The position numbers and the translations under genes were made by a program. The notes under the pieces are model-generated. The model was not told the origin of the DNA. It searched no databases and saw only the letters and a list, made by a program, of their open reading frames with translations. This document shows, in pieces, positions 51,900 through 64,000 of a stretch of DNA of 64,000 nucleotides. Each line of letters opens with the position of its first letter. Within the stretch, counting starts at the first letter, position 1. The DNA is from Tubiluchus corallicola (Eukaryota > Animalia > Priapulida): assembly GCA_030141605.1 (NCBI GenBank), contig JAQGDQ010000127.1, forward strand, positions 248,001 through 312,000, written 5' to 3'.

Positions 51900-52413
51900 A
51901 GCTTCGCAGTTGTCAGCACTGAGGATATGCCGCATTTTTTTATCTTTGTTTAACATCTAGGAGAAAAGAAAAGGTAAACTGGATAAATACTACTAAAATC
52001 TTGGAAAGATTACAAAAAGTTACTGAAAATTTCTACTACGAAACTTAATAAATTTCATTGAAAATGAACTTGAGCTAAAGATGCAGTTATAAGCAAACCA
52101 AAACGAAACTTTGTTACAGTAACAACAATAATGGTCATAGCCCAGTGCTTTTATATTCTTGGTTTTATCTAATAGTAGGAAAAATATGCACACTGATTCA
52201 GATAGCTATACCTTTGCAGTGTGAAAAGTCAGATAGACCCAATACATTCAGAGATTGAATGTCATTGAATTCAGTGCTTCACAGATTTGTTTAACTGTGC
52301 TTATTGTATGATGAAATTGTCTTAGCTTAAGTCATGCAGTATAACTGAATAATACCAGTTAAAAAGTGAACATGTGATCTGTATATAACCTATCGTATCA
52401 TTTTTGATTGCAG

Positions 52414-55400
52414 AGTTTCTTTGGGTTTGGGTCTTCAGTTGACATAGATGTTGTGTTAGATGGTGCAGAGACAAGGAAGCAAGCTGAAATTAAAACAGAA
52501 GATGGCAGAAAGGAAAAACATTATTTGTATTATGATGGTGAAACAGTTTCTGGACAGGTACTTGTATACCCTTAAATACTTATTTGTATTTGTATCCTGA
52601 TTTTCTTTGAATTTACACAACAGTATGTTTAAGTTATTAATTAATTAATTATATTATTTATGAGTTTTAGTTTATTGTTTGTTCAACAGTGCTTTTTTAG
52701 CTTAAGTGAAATATTTATATTTTAATGTGTGTATATGTATATGTATTGCAGGTGAATGTAATCATGAAAAGGCCTGGGACAAAACTCGAACACCAAGGGG
52801 TAAAAATTGAGTTTATCGGACAAATAGGTAAAATATTTCAACTATTAATATTACTCCTTCAGGACTGTAAGAGTTTCCTGCATTTTGCATAGGTTCGTGA
52901 AATCAGTTAATGCAGAAAATTTCAACTGTCCAGACACACAGTGTGATACACTTTAGTCTAAAGTCTACTTTTTGTTTTAAGGAGAAATTCCTAATAAAAG
53001 ATGAGATTACCTTAATTTGTCCTTGGCTGATTGATTGTTTTTCGATACTCTGTAAAGCCGACAATTTTCTCAGGTTGTAGCAAGCGGGCAGTCATGCAAG
53101 TGTATACCAGACTAAGCTCCTTCAATAGGCTAAGTTTGAATGGCTGAAAAGAGCATGTTTTTCTTAATATTATCTAATTAAATCACTTGTAAATGCTTAA
53201 ACAAATAGCATGATTGGAGAAAATTCGTCCCCTGAATACAACAGTATCTAATTTGTAATCATTTAGCTGTGTCTGTGCTTATACACCTTACTTAGCAGAA
53301 AGTCATATGTCTTAGAAGACCTATTTTGGATGGTGCGGTCCTGAAGGAGTTAATATATACGTAAGTAGCTGAAATGAGAGTTTTTTAAGACAATCCTTTA
53401 TAGGAATTATTATCATGTTGCAGAATTAGAATAAGATCTTTTCTCTAAGCTAGCACTTTTTGCAACACAATTTAATTAACTGCAATATAAATTTGTTTCC
53501 TTTTTTTATCTAAAAATGATAGTGATACAAGTAAAAAAAACTAGTTTTTTGCATTTGCCATTTACATTATTTTACAGAATTATATTATGACCGTGGCAAC
53601 CATCACGAGTTTACTTCATTAGTAAAGGAGTTGGCCCGTCCCGGTGAGTTATCACAAAATGCTACGTACCCATTTGAATTTGTACAAGTAGAAAAGCCTT
53701 ATGAATCTTACACTGGAGCCAATGTACGGTTAAGGTAACTACTTTAAAATAATTAATAATACAGCTAATGATAACAGCATTTACTAAGACTAATTTTTTA
53801 TAAAGTGCTTGTTTAAGACTAATTTTTTAAAGTGCTTTTTTAAGATTTAGTGGTGTTATTGTAATGCACTGTTACTGACCTTTAATGGTGGTTTGCCATC
53901 TCAGTTATTAATAGACATGCAAGTGACATTTTAGCTAATCAATTACGAATAGATGGATTGGTAAAGACATCATAATTTGCATGTATTTATAAACCATTAA
54001 GAAACAAAAATTATGAGCAGGCCAGTCAGTCCAGCCTTCCCTGTAATTGTGGGCAAAATATAATGCAACCTATTTGTCTTTTTTGTCTTTCGGATCTGAA
54101 TTATGCTATTTGCTGCAAGAACAAATTAGATTTGTGATTTAATTTCCAATCAATCTCTTGGTTGATATTTATTTTGAAGTCTTTATAATTCTGATTTTTG
54201 CTTGGTAAGTGAAACGCATTTGTTAATCACTGACTGATTGTATTTTTGCATTTGCTACAAATGAAAGCTTTATTTGCATCAGTTCAATGTTTTCACTGAG
54301 ACTCTATACCTAATATCAATTTTAGGTATTTTCTTCGAGTAACTATAGTAAAGCGAATCAGTGATGTGGTTAAGGAAATGGAGATCATTGTGCACACATT
54401 GTCAACATATCCAGACATGAACAACAGCATTAAAATGGAAGTTGGCATTGAAGATTGTTTACACATAGAATTTGAATACAACAAATCCAAGTAAGCATTC
54501 CAGTTTTAACAGCATCTGTTGGTGGTTTTAAAAATTGACTCATGTATGATTGTCCCTGTTCTAGTTAACATGTGCATAAAAAGCTGCTAGTATGGTCTAA
54601 CTTACTGATGTATTATTACTGTAATACTGGCTGTAAAATGTATTAATATAAATGGGTATACTTATCTTACGTTTAAAAAATCATAAACTTGATTATACTC
54701 AGTTAGTTTAAGAAGAGTTTAGTTGCAGCACCAGAATTTTAAACAATTGAATTAGTCGTCTAATAATCGTGCATATCTCTGTCAAGTCCCAAGCATTTAT
54801 ACATCTGTGACTCGTCAGAAGCTAGTCAGGTTTGAGTGTTCAACAATGACAGTGCAAGAAGCTAGAGTCGTCCAAAGGTTAATAAGCTTAAATTTATACT
54901 TTTTGTAATAAAGTTACAGACAAAGTGTGAAACGGGTATTCTATAGAATGTCTAGGCATTTTATAGAATGCCAAAACAAACCAGGTAAATTGTCTAAAAT
55001 AGCTCATTCTACACTTTTCCTAGGCATTATATATATAATGCAAAAGCTTGTCTAGGCAAAGTATGTAATAGTTAGATTTTGAATATAATTTCCTAGGCAT
55101 TTTATGGAATGCTGATAAAATCGTAGTTAATCTATACATTGCCCATCAGCAGTCCGATGTATCTAGAAATATGGGAATTTTGCTAAGCATCAATCTATCC
55201 GATATATAATATTGGCTACCTGACAACCCTAGTGTGAATGATGTGTGTTGTCTTAACAAGTTTCTAGTTCCTTTGATTGACATTGTTCAAATAAGCAGAA
55301 CACGGTTCATGTTCACTATGCCATAAAGCTACTTGTAGATTGAAGGGGCAATTAATTAAAATTTAGCACGCAATTCTATTTATGTTTACATATCTACTGG

Positions 55401-58400
55401 AAAAAAGTAATTCACTGTTAATCTATGCCTAGTTGACTTAACGAGAACGATACATATCAATAATTATCGATTATTGTATCGATACTAAAAATTATTTTAT
55501 CATTATCATATAGATATTATTCTAGGAATTTTGTTGTCATATCGTATCGTTGCTTATTGTTTACCTCTGTAAAATCGCTTCACTTTGCTTTCCTATTTAT
55601 TTTCAGTAATTACGAAAAAAGTGGCTAAAAAGAATTTATTTTATGTTATAAGCTTCTCACACACTGAATCGTTTTCTTATACTTTCACTTAGCAATAACA
55701 GCTATCTTCATTTTGAATCGTACTGATGCGTGGATGTCAAATATGCTGTACCGTATTTCAGTGTCACTTTTCCTGTCCCTTGCTGCTTGCATAGATAAAT
55801 ATATTTATCGTAGTAGTATGCTTACTTATTTATGAATTGCTATGACAACGAGGCAGAGAATTTCATCGTATACATGTATTTGGCACATGAATCGGGAAAC
55901 AGCTTGCAAAAATTAAGGTTACACAACATAGAGACACCTCACATGACTTACACTCTGTCAGTGGTAATTGTTTAGCAGAAATAATGGCTAAGAAACTGTT
56001 CAGGATAATTTTTCAGAATCACTTTATTTTTACTAGTGAAGGTACAAAAACATTTGCCATTTGTAAGTACTACAACCGAAAGTACAAATATTACAGCTTA
56101 ACTGTTGCCAAGTGATTCATTTTATGTACCTGGCTTCTTAGTTCTTACTCTGCAAGCACTAATGGCTGCACTTGTGAAACTACCTATTCTATTTACATAA
56201 GCAGTTTGTATATGTGAAATTCGTCCTCTGAGTTTTAGAAATTTATCCAAGCAGAGATTAGCAATACTGAGAGCACATGGGAATATGAATATGTTTTATT
56301 ATAGGCCACTGGAAACTGACTAACAGTGACAGGTGTGGATTCATGAAGCTAGGCTTTGTAGTACATGCCTATATTTGTGGTGTGTGTAGTACCACCATCT
56401 TAATCTGACTTAATTTAAGTGTTGAATGTGACAGCACATTTAAGTAGCAGTGAATGCATATAATTAGCGTTTCACTTTGTGTTATGTTTGCGGCTCCCTA
56501 AAAGCAGTCTGGCGATGCTACTTAATGAATAGATAGGCTCATTGAGCTGAAAGCCTGATAAATAGTTTTTCAACCAGACGTTAACAGGTACAAATTCAGT
56601 ATCGTTTTTATCATTCAAAATAATTTATCATTTCATATTGTATCCTCTAAATATAAATTATCGTATCGTGTCGTTACCATATCGCCAAATTTGTATCTTT
56701 TAATATCCCTTTTAAATAAATTGTGTTTACAGATATCATTTGAAAGATGTGATAGTTGGCAAAATTTATTTTTTGCTTGTTCGGATCAAAATAAAGCATA
56801 TGGAACTGGCCATCATTAAAAGAGAAACGACTGGTTCAGGTAATATATAAGTAACTTTGTTATGACAAATAAATTTCATATTCAGCGATATATATTATTT
56901 GCAATTTTAATTTCGTTCAGAAATGGTAAAGTGTCTGTGTGCAACTTAGATCATTCACTAAAAATGAAACTTGTGCTATAATAACTCCACACACTGGTTA
57001 AAAGACTTCGTTTAAAAAATAATAGTCTTTTTAGTTTCACAAGTGCTATCAACTTTTTGGTCTTTTCTATGTATGAGAGTTTATTATCTGATGTTTTAAC
57101 ATCAAGTAGTATTGACTATAACACTACTATTTCCTAGATTTTTGATTTTGAAGTGATCTTTGCATATCCTGAAATGAAAATGCAAAGCCATGATCATGCC
57201 TTCAAATATCTGTTATATTGCAGACTTTACTTGGAATATTTTGTTAACAGTTTGTCCATGTTTGGTACCAGTTGTCAAAATTTTCTTTTTGATATAGTGA
57301 ATTAAAGATTAGCTTGATTTATTCTTTGCTAAATGAAATGGCAATTTCAAAAGCAGAATTGAAAAGTTTACTAACTTATTTTTGCAGGACCTAACACTTT
57401 CAATGAGAACGAGACCATAGCCAAGTACGAGATCATGGATGGTGCACCAGTGCGAGGAGAATCCATACCAATCCGGTTATTCCTCAGTGGTTACGATTTG
57501 ACACCCACGATGAGGGACATAAACAAAAAGTTTTCTGTGCGATATTACTTGAATCTAGTTTTAGTTGATGAGGAAGAGAGACGGTATTTCAAACAACAGG
57601 TACATGAGACAAAATATGTTTTTGCTTGATGTTTGAAGTTTTCTACTACAGTCTTTCAGCTGCATCCACAATATTTGACTTGCTCCCCCACAGGAGTTGT
57701 AAACAGCATCTAGCTAAATTGTTTCAGCAATTGTTTTGTAATGATTATAGATATGGCGGCAGATAAAGATTGCAAATATTTTTTGTTGCCCCAACTGGGA
57801 TAGCGTTAATCATGTCTGTTTTCCTAGCATAACAAATGCGTGAAAACCACTTATGTTATACAGAAAATCTCACTATTTTTTGACAGGATTATACATCTTG
57901 AAATTTGGTATGGACTATGGAGAATAACAAAAATTTTTAACTACATAAACCCTTTAGTTTTCTGAATAACATGAATCCGTAGTCCATACCAATCCATATA
58001 ATAATATTATATGTTATATTATGCTGTGTTATGTTATGTTATGCCATGCCATCCTGTGCTGTGCTGCATTGTATTGTATTGCATTATGCTATGCCATGCT
58101 GTGTTGTGCTGTATTGTATTGTATTGCATTATGCTATGTTATGTTATATTAATAATCATAAGATAACTAACAAATTTTAAACTTAAATGTTTTAAATCTT
58201 GTACAAATAATCACTAATTTTGTGAAGTGGAACTATCTTTTGTGCTACAACGACTTTTCCATGTAACCAAACAAAAAATTTCCTTCTATTAAAAATGAAA
58301 GAGCAAAAAAAGCTCAATATGTGGTAGGTGTTTGTTAGTTTCTAATGAAAATTATTGCTTTTACTTTTCATGTTTAGATATTTATCACAGTAATTTAAAT

Positions 58401-58532
58401 TTTTAGGAAATTATTTTATGGAGAAAGGGAGAAAAAGCGCGGAGACAGATACAACAACCAGCGATTCCCACAGCTCCAGCTCCAGAAGTTACTCAGGATG
58501 CAACGACAAATGCAGATAATGGGCCAAACTGA
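52414..58532 (+). CDS. VPS26: Retromer subunit VPS26 (VPS26B-like N-terminus); ATG on an unlocated upstream exon
   Basis: Exons 52414-52557 (SFFGFG..YYDGETVSGQ), 52752-52827 (LEHQGVKIEFIGQI), 53578-53734 (VEKPYESYTGANVRL), 54326-54490 (IKMEVGIEDCLHIEFEYNKS), 56733-56839 (YHLKDVIVGKIYFLLVRIKIK), 57388-57599 (KYEIMDGAPVRGESIPIRLFL..EEERRYFKQQ) and 58407-58532 (EIILWRK..stop). Confidence 0.97.
54935..55112. repeat. Dispersed CTAGGCATTTTATAGAATG repeats with hairpin, probably MITE-derived
   Basis: Several CTAGGCA units. TTCTATAGAATG-TCTAGG-CATTTTATAGAA forms an imperfect palindrome. Confidence 0.5.
58005..58150. repeat. Degenerate pentamer microsatellite (TATGT/TGTGC/TATTG)
   Basis: Clear 5-bp periodicity in the last VPS26 coding intron. 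Confidence 0.85.
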
Positions 58533-58664
58533 CCTTAGTTTACGTAACAGGTAATTCATTAGTGGTAACAATGTTTTCGCACTAAAAACTTCTTCAGATT
58601 GTTTGTTCTTGTTGACTGCTATGCTAAGCTGTTAGCGTAGTTAACTTTGCTAATGAATTCAGCC

Positions 58665-59537
58665 CAGTGGCATAGCTAGGGGTCGGATGACCTGTACTAG
58701 GCACTTCGATTAACTGCACTAAAAAATTGATTCTGTCAGAACAACATAAAGGTGTTACACATAGTGCGTGTACAGCAGGCAAATATTTTTGTGTCTAAAT
58801 TTTCACGTCAGTAATTGTTGTAGGTGTAAATCCGTTGTTGTAGTGATGATGTATCATTTGTCTATCATAATTTGCTCATCTGTTGTTGTAGGGATTATGA
58901 CATTTGCAATTTAATCGTTCTAAAAATTGGTCAAGTTTGCAGATCAGCTGTTCAATGCTGGTTTGTGAGTTTCTTACCATTAATTTACAAACATCTAAAC
59001 GTTGTTCAACGTGTTTGTGTATTTTCCTAACAAAAGGCAAAATACCTGGCATTATTTAATTTTCCACAATTAAATTTCCCACTTTAATTTAACACTGTTT
59101 ATAGTACTTGTGACAAAGGAAGATGATAAATAATGATTTAATAGTTTTGTTCTGCTTTTTCTTTTCTGAAGTTGTTTTCAAAATTTCTGCCCAGTACACG
59201 TCTTGAGCTGACTATGAAGTACATTTATGATCACATCCCTTCCTCTGTTAACAATTGAGGCTTCTTATTAGGCCTATTGTGCTTTTAAGCATAGAATGAG
59301 GAAAATTTCATTTTCACAAACAAATTTTTTTTTCAGTAGTGCTGTATTTTCATCAACTTATTTTCACAGCTTCTATTCAACTGCAATACAACACTGCTAA
59401 ATTTTACAAATCTAAAATCACAAAGATATTGATAGATTTGTTTTTTTTTATCATTGGGGAGGGGTGGCAAATTCCTGTGCCGCCAAGGGTGCCACGAGCT
59501 CTAGTTATGCCAATGAGTTCACCTAGTTATGCCACTT
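58665..59537. mobile_element. hAT-like MITE downstream of the VPS26 stop
   Basis: TIRs CAGTGGCATAGCTAGG (58665) and CCTAGTTATGCCACT (59522-59536). A second right-end copy CTAGTTATGCCAATG lies at 59501. Confidence 0.55.
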
Positions 59538-61735
59538 AGTGCATGTTAAACTTTGTATGTTCCAGCACAAAAACATACCAGAAAAACTGTTACTAGGATG
59601 TTCCATCTGCTTTACCATCTTGTATTATTTACCTTGTTAAGGGAAGGGAAGATGTATATACTTTCAAATGTGGCTATAACTGAGACACTTTGTTGGTTCA
59701 ACGTCTCCTCTAGAAGGATTATACTTGAGAGGATTGCTTCCTAGCAATTGCATATACTATTTATCAAGATGTTTGACAAACTTGGAAGAAAGAATAATTA
59801 CATTAGACACACATTTAAAAATTATTTCTGTAAAGTCAGTAAAAATTTGCAGTAATAAAAAAGTCACATATACTTCTGGTATTTAAGTTTTTAATTTAAC
59901 AAGCAGTTATGAAAGGGTTTTCCATGTCAGCAACATTGAATTTTAGTTAACTGCTAAAGTACTCATACTAACAGGTAAATCTATGGCAGTCAAAGCTACT
60001 TAAAATTAGGAGTCTTTTTACTAAGCAATTTGGTGTTATATCTGGTTAAAGCTTAATAATTTTTAATAAATGAACAAGATCATTTGACTGTCAAGGTGCA
60101 AAAGGACACAGCTGGACTTTTTATTTAAAGAATTTACTTTGCCTTCATTCAAAACCATTTCTTACATTCCATTCCAATTCTGATTCTCAAAATCTGTTTT
60201 TTCTAAATCTGGCTGTCTAAAAGGCTATGACAGCGTTTACGCATTGATGTGGTTTTTTATTATTTCAGGGTCACAACTTGACAATAAATGACCCCAGTGC
60301 TATTCGTAATACTGAATGGTAATGTATTGCATAAATTATGCTCATATAAAATAACAGCCAATGTGCATTGCATGGCTGGTTTTTTTCATGTGAATGAAGT
60401 TATGTTATTAATATTATTATTATTATTAAACATATGTATAGATGTGTACGATCAATGTAAAATTTGTCTAATTTTGGTAATTAGATAAATAATCGAATGG
60501 GATTGGTGTTATTTCGTGACATCCGCAGATAATGTCATGCGTTAGTTGTACAAATTTTAACTGTGGAATTCCTGTTATATATAGATGCTACTTAGTTTTG
60601 TGAGGGAGCATATTGATAACTTCGGTAAAACCGTAAAATTTCATATTAGGTACGTTGCGTGTAACTTCAGCCAATTTATAAGTGTTTGTAAATATTTTCT
60701 TTCTGCGTTGTAGTCATGCCTATGTTCTTGTAGTTATTGCATCAGCATCGATACTTTCTGGTATACCCATTCTCAGTATAACTACATGGTTTCATAACAT
60801 GGTGTTTATCATTTGTACTAACTTTTCCAAATCCACTCTTATCCCATATCAACTGTTTTGTCCGTTAACTTTTAACCTGACTTCTTTATATCATTCATCA
60901 AACAGTAGGCAGACTGTCTTACAGTGTAATTACATAGTAGGGAGTGTTGCTGACCTCTTTCAGTGTTACAGGCAAGCTGAAGGTTTTATTTAGGGAGTTC
61001 AATAGATCTTTTTGCTGATGTGGAATACACAAAATTCGGTCTGGTGAGGACCAAGAATAAAAGTTAGTATTGCATCTGTCTCTGCAATACATTAGTATAG
61101 CAATGCTCTTTAAGACAGAACAAATGTGTTAAACAGTCAATTATACCAGGAGTATGTGCCCATCATAAATGAAAGCGTAAGTTTAAGGACTTCATTTAAA
61201 TCGTAGCCATTCCATTGTTTTAGTCTATAGAATATTCGCTTCATGTACATACATTTTGCTGGTTTATATTTGTGACATGTATCTGATTGTGTACTTTCAT
61301 ATTTTACACAGTTAACAGGAAAATTAATCTAATACAAGAAGTATGTAGATAATATGAATGCAAAATGCCCAATTATATGTCAAGTTGTAATATAATAAAT
61401 GATAAAAACTAAGTATTTGCAGCATACTTTATTCTTGGTATAAAAGCTAAGTTACTAATACAAGTAAATTATCCGACCGTTTATTTGCAATATTTCAACG
61501 TGTGAATTGAGTACAACTTGAGTACAAACCTTTTCATTGTCAAGCCTGAATGAAAATAACCTTGAAAAAAGAAATTTACAACATCTAAGTCAAAGGCAGA
61601 TGCATTATAAATTAACAACTGGTCATAATCAAAAGAAAGTAACCAAAAAATGAAGTTATGTTTGACCCATTGTTTCGAAACAATGGTACTGCATAAAAAG
61701 TACAATATGTACAATAGTAAATACAGTGTACAATG

Positions 61736-61908
61736 CAGTCAAACTTTGTTATAACGCCCCCTTTATAATGCCAACCTCGCTTAATGCCCAAATTTTTAGC
61801 AAAACAATCTATATTTTGCAGACATGCATGTATTAATGCGCCTCATTATTATGCCAAAGTCGTCACTATAACGCCAACAATCCCAAAGCCGTACATAAAG
61901 TTTGACTG
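61736..61908. mobile_element. pogo/Tigger-like short MITE
   Basis: TIRs CAGTCAAACTTT / AAAGTTTGACTG followed by TA, with internal TATAACGCC motifs. Confidence 0.7.
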
Positions 61909-62446
61909 TATAATGTTGCCTGCTTGCTTTATCAAATTTATTCTACACTCAATATTTTGAAAAACTTTATCGATTCAATTTTGTTATTATGTAGACTTCT
62001 ACACAACAGTTTATTATGAAGTTGTTCATATATTTTTTCTTGAAGTTCAGTACTAGCAAGTTTTTTACTAATTCTATGGTGCAGTACTCCCAACAATCAT
62101 ACTTATCTTTAATTTGTATACTTAAGTTTGTTTTTTCGGTCGACATTGGGTAAACGATATAAGGCAATATTATTAATAATGATAATGATTATAGTTCCCA
62201 TGTTGCATAAATTAATCATACAATCTTTGTTTAGTAAAAACACACTATATGCAGGCAATTTCTTTCATTTAAAACAGTTTTCTTTCAGAGCTTTAAACAA
62301 TTTAATGACTAAAGATGTGAAAAGTAAACAATAAGACTGAAAACAGATTAAAACAATTTCTGAAATTCGATTTTCACACTTTAGATCTAACATACTTGTC
62401 TCTGGATTAACTATCATCCTACTGTTTTCCATCATATTTTTCAAGA

Positions 62447-63434
62447 TCAGCTAGGTAAATTGAATAATTTAGTTTCTATTTTTGCTATCATTACTCTGGC
62501 ATAGAAATCTCTATAATTCTCTGGCAACTCGCCTATGACTTTCAATGCACGATCCAAGACTTGCATTGCTCTGGTAGCTAACAACAAATCCTTGTTGCCA
62601 TAGGTGTCTTTTTTGTCATACATGCTAGAGTCTAACTCCCTCCAGAATATATTGATGGCAATGCTAAACTCCAGGGATATGACGTTATGAAACCACAGGG
62701 CTAAAGAAAAACAACATTGCAGAATGCAATTAAATAATATAGTGAGTCACACCGCTATGTATTGGCACTAAAATGTTTATTTGTCTTTAAACCAATATTA
62801 CAAAAGTTAAAATGGCATAGGTTATACCATTGTGCTTGATAACGCTATCTGTAAATTTGCATGCGACTACAAAAACTAAATTCAAACAGTTCAGATTTCA
62901 AAGGTGTACATTAAGCACAATCTCTGCAGAATTAAGGTCTGGGTAATACGGACAACATAGTTATGCAGTGCCCACACTATCACATCATCATGATAAAATT
63001 ATCGTGACTGAGGGCACCAACGTGAATCAATCAATGCTAGTGTATACAGGCAAAGTGCCATCACCATATACAATCCATCACGAAAACATGCTCATGCCAT
63101 AATTAAATGTCCGTCATAAGTTTTTCACAATACCTTGTTGATATGTCGCTGTATGAAACAATGGTTTTGCTTCATGACGGAGTTCATATCAAGATTATAC
63201 ACTTCACTAGGCTAAAGACGTTATCGACAGTCTACGTTAACTATTTGCTTGTGAGACTCGCATGAGATCATATTACACACTTGTTTTTGCAACCTGTTAT
63301 TACTAACTTCAAGTTACCTGGTATGAATAGAATATCACCCTCTTCCAGGACACATTCATACCGTGTTGCCTTAGCAAAATCTGGAAAACGAGTTAAATCT
63401 GGATTGTCAATATCAAGCACCTTAGACTTATCAC
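62447..63434 (-). CDS. TYW5: tRNA wybutosine hydroxylase (JmjC), last two coding exons; gene continues beyond the right edge
   Basis: Exons 63318-63434 ([34 protein letters not shown]) and 62447-62700 ([39 protein letters not shown]..stop), matching the TYW5 C-terminus. Confidence 0.93.
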
Positions 63435-64000
63435 CTGGAAATAAGAAAATATTATAGAGACTGAACACAAAGAAAATCCCTTGCAGAGTCAGTTGTAACA
63501 AGCTTATCGTGGTATGAGAGATTTCGGCTGCAGTATCTTGTTGAGAAATCACAGAATTAGACTTATTTTATTTTGTAACTAACTAAGTTCGATATTCATG
63601 TTTTGTATGATTACTAGACCAGATTCTGATTAGAAAATTTTAGTAGCTGCACAGAGACATACATATAGACAACATCTTTCAACAATAAGAATTTTGTCTT
63701 AAAGTTAATAATAACTTTAAAACTGTTCCATAGTCCATAGTTTGGTTTTGAATTTTTGTATAGTTAAATGTGCTCTTTAAAGGCACAAGTTTCAAATTTA
63801 GATAAATTACATAATAAATATGGTGTTGATAGTACAAGCCTTGTTTCGTCTTTGTAAGCTAACTGTAACTTGTAATCATTAAAATAAAATTTTTGAATTC
63901 AAAATCTTAGTACATTCTCAACTCATATTGTGAATCACACGGTATGGTGGAGTCTCATTTTTTTGTAAATGTATATGTGAATCTGGCTTGTAAAAAGCAA

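Noticed and set aside
58530-58540. Stop-codon readthrough or selenocysteine at the VPS26 TGA
   Set aside because: The context is TGA-CCT-TAG, not the TGA-CTAG readthrough motif. An in-frame stop follows after one codon and no SECIS was evident.

Overview
AT-rich, intron-rich animal (probably invertebrate) nuclear DNA, not prokaryotic. Most entries in the ORF track are spurious or isolated exons. Spliced by hand, the window holds six conserved genes: NCAPD3 (-, first 12 coding exons, runs off the left edge), an intronless SLC52 riboflavin transporter (-), PPP1R2/inhibitor-2 (+, 5 coding exons, 10.6 kb first intron), TYSND1 peroxisomal protease (-, ends in SKL), VPS26 (+) and the 3' end of TYW5 (-). 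Introns and spacers carry decayed LINEs, several MITE families (TTAA/Kolobok-like, hAT-like, pogo-like), tRNA- and 5S-derived repeats and tandem duplications. I found no convincing novel biological system. The best leads are an apparently ancestral NCAPD3-TYSND1-VPS26 linkage, the intronless SLC52, an unidentified decayed Cys-rich ORF in PPP1R2 intron 1 and a 5S-derived element. All homology calls come from recalled motifs, not database searches.
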